Positions 61,345 to 64,000 of a stretch of 64,000 nucleotides of DNA are shown piece after piece. Position numbers and translations under genes: made by a program. The DNA is from Nemertoderma westbladi. Its lineage: Eukaryota > Animalia > Xenacoelomorpha. Location: the NCBI GenBank assembly GCA_032718475.1, contig JAUCBJ010007620.1:1-64000 (forward strand), written 5' to 3'. The notes below the pieces were generated by a model. The model was not told the origin of the DNA. It saw only the letters and a list, made by a program, of their open reading frames with translations, and ran no database searches. The stretch's first letter is position 1; every line of letters begins with the position of its first letter.

Positions 61345-62060
61345 TGGGATTTGGGATTAAGGAATTTGGGAATAAGGGATTTGGGAATAAGGTATTTGGG
61401 AATAAGGTATTTAGGATTTGTGAATAAGGTATTTGGGATTTGGGAATAAGGGATTTGGGAATAAGGTATTTGGGAATAAGGTATTTAGGATTTGTGAATA
61501 AGGTATTTGGGATTTGTGAATAAGGTATTTGGGATTTGGGATTAAGGTATTTGGGATTTGGGAATAAGGTATTTGGGATTTGGGAATAAGGTATTTGGGA
61601 TTTGGGAATAAGGTATTTGGGATTAAGGTATTTGGGAATAAGGTATTTGGGAATAAGGTATTTGGGATTTGGGAATAAGGTATTTGGGATTTGGGAAAAA
61701 GGTATTTGGGATTTGGGAATAAGGTATTTGGGAATAAGGTATTTGTGATTTGGGATTAAGGTATTTGGGATTTGAGAATATGGAATTTGGGATTTTGGGA
61801 TTTATATTAGTGATTATCGGTATTTATTTGTTGATCGGCCATTATTGGTTGACTGAAGAAGATACGCAATGCGTATCTCATTAAGCCTCAAAATAAGCCT
61901 CTCGTTAACAAGTCAACCCCACCGACTAGCGGCACTGGCTGTTTCCGGTGACGGAGCTCAGTTGAACAACGCGTCCCTTTGGGGTCTGGGAATAAGAAAT
62001 TTGGGATTTGGAAATAAGGAATTTGGGTAAATCATTTGGGCTTTGGAAATAGGGAATTTG
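61345..62060. repeat. Degenerate GGGATTT/GGGAATAAGGTATTT short-period satellite, interrupted at about 61805-61980
   Basis: Directly visible. Confidence 0.9.
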
Positions 62061-62084
62061 CGATTTTGAATCTGTAAATCAAAC

Positions 62085-62545
62085 GTATTACAAGTTTATG
62101 CAGGTTAGTAAAGGAGCAGGCTATAGAGGCGGGAAGATAGAACCAAAACAATAAACAATAGTTAACACATGTTACAAGATTATACAGGTTAGTAAAGGAG
62201 CAGATTATAGAGGCGGGTAGATAGAACCAAAACAATAAACGATAGTTAACACATGTTACAAGAGGTATGCAGGTTAGTAAAGGAGCAGGTTATAGAGGCG
62301 GGTAGATAGAACCAAAACAATAAACGATAGATAACACATGTTACAAGATTATGCAGGTTAGTAAAGGAGCAGGTTATAGAGGCGGGTAGATAGAACCAAA
62401 ACAATAAACGATAGATAACACATGTTACAAGATTATGCAGGTTAGTAAAGGAGTAGGTTACCGAGGCGTGTAGATTGAACCAAAACTATAAACGATAGTT
62501 AACTCGTGTTTGAAAATTATGCTGGTTAATAAAGGAGCAGGTTAA
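62085..62545. repeat. About 84-bp tandem repeat, about 5.5 copies
   Basis: CAGGTTAGTAAAGGAG recurs at 62101, 62185, 62270, 62354 and 62438. Confidence 0.92.
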
Positions 62546-63554
62546 ATATGAACTCAAATATGAAAATGCGGATTTACCGATAAATGATGAAGGTGGAGTA
62601 TAATTTATTATTATTATGAGATTATTTATTCCAGATCCATCTATTAATAGCACAACAGCGATTATTACAAATAGAGTAGAGTAGAGTGAAGCACCGAATT
62701 ACACGGACATATTTTGCGAATATATATTAAAATATTATTGTTATAGAGTTAAATATACGTGAAAAAAAACTGGAGAGAGTGAAACGTTGTATAGGTATGA
62801 AGGACTTTAAACGTAAAGATACAAGCATACCGGAGGCGCCTCTATATAGGAGTTATGAAGTTGAGTTGAGGAACAATGACCTTTCATTGTCTGGCAATAT
62901 AATACAGTCATTACTGCAGTCAGTTTAACCTGGGTTAGTGGGCTGAGTAGTGATTGACCTGTATAGTATAACGTCAGGTGTGTGTGCCTCCTTGTTCTTA
63001 CACTGGTACCAACAGTAAGAGCTCATGAGGGATGACGTATTCTGATAGGGCGTTGTCTTAGCAATAATAGGCTGGGTATGGGGCGCCGTTTGGGCCAAAA
63101 TAAAAAAAAACATATTATATTAAAAAGTTGTAATGGTATGTTTTTTATCTTGCCGTTTGGGCCAAAAGTTGTAATGGTATGTTTTTTATCTTGCCGTTTG
63201 GGCCAAAAATAGCTGAGAGGGAAATTTGAATTATCACTTTCTATATACTGTATTTAGCAATTCAATTATCATCATACCTGTGAGCCTGTCTGCCTATACA
63301 TGATTGTGGATTGTATTTACACACGGTACCATATCGCTGTAGGAGTGGACTTTAGGCTTACCTCCCGCTGTATGGCTGTATGGGCCTTGGCCTACCGGTA
63401 CTATTATACTGTCACTGGGTAATGCTGTAATGTAGAGTTAGGCTGTTAGGTACAAATCGGTATACTATAGGCCCTGTAGCGTTATACATTGTGCTTGTGT
63501 TAGGCATACATCTTGTGGTCCACAATACTGCAATACTGAGGCATTAATGTCAGA

Positions 63555-64000
63555 ATGTCGGCACACGGACGGCCACAAACTTCAGTTAGTGACGATCAGC
63601 TTCGCTATTTAAGAACTGTACAAAGGTTTACAACTAAGAATATTTCCAATATTATGAACGTATCGGAAAGGACGATCAAACGACGATGTTCCAGTTTAGG
63701 TTTTACCAATCAACGATTCACCCAAATATCGGATGATAGACTGGATCAACATATTAGCGAAATTCTTTCAGATACACCCAATATAGGAGAAGTTTATTTG
63801 GCTGGAGCATTGCGTTCTATCGGAATAAATGTACAGCGATGGAAGCTCAGGGAACGAATGGATATTTTAGATCCAATAGGTCGAGCTTTTCGAAAAAGTA
63901 AAGCAGTTAAACGGCGGGTTTATTTTGTGAAAGGTGCCAATCACCTATGGCACGTGGACTCAAACCACAAACTTATAAACTGGCGTTTCGTTATCCACGG
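63555..64000 (+). CDS. N-terminal part of an IS3EU-like (integrase-core DDE) transposase, open to the window edge
   Basis: Manual translation: MSAHGRPQTSVSDDQL..., HTH 'ISNIMNVSERTIKRR', 'PNIGEVYLAGALRSIGINVQRWKLRE..DP.G', 'RRVYFVKGANHLWHVDSNHKLINWRFVIHG'. Absent from the ORF track because it has no stop within the window. Confidence 0.8.
   Translation, partial: MSAHGRPQTSVSDDQLRYLRTVQRFTTKNISNIMNVSERTIKRRCSSLGFTNQRFTQISDDRLDQHISEILSDTPNIGEVYLAGALRSIGINVQRWKLRERMDILDPIGRAFRKSKAVKRRVYFVKGANHLWHVDSNHKLINWRFVIH

Overview
This is AT-rich, repeat-dominated eukaryotic (probably invertebrate animal) genomic DNA. It holds one host gene: a three-exon, minus-strand ankyrin-repeat gene resembling ANKRD63. 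Its 20.6 kb first intron starts with a G-rich minisatellite that is split by a young, near-intact 14.3 kb BEL/Pao LTR retrotransposon (26901-41177, TSD CCTAC). This element is the most unusual object in the window. Beyond gag-pol it carries an intact 866 aa extra ORF with a DEDDy/WRN-like 3'-5' exonuclease fold plus CCHC knuckles. It also carries three families of repeated structured-RNA-like motifs: kink-turn hairpins in the LTRs, a loop-E/GAAA hairpin found in the LTRs and inside both coding regions, and an invariant 38-nt motif repeated three times between pol and the extra ORF. The first 2.9 kb is a 449-bp tandem array with a type III hammerhead ribozyme in every unit (retrozyme/Penelope-like). 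Next comes a decayed Copia containing a solo LTR and a decayed Gypsy whose integrase appears fused to a PWWP domain. The rest is piggyBac-type non-autonomous elements, LINE fragments (RTE, CR1/L2-like), minisatellites, and the start of an IS3EU-like transposase at the right edge. All domain and RNA-structure calls were made by eye; no searches or folding programs were run.
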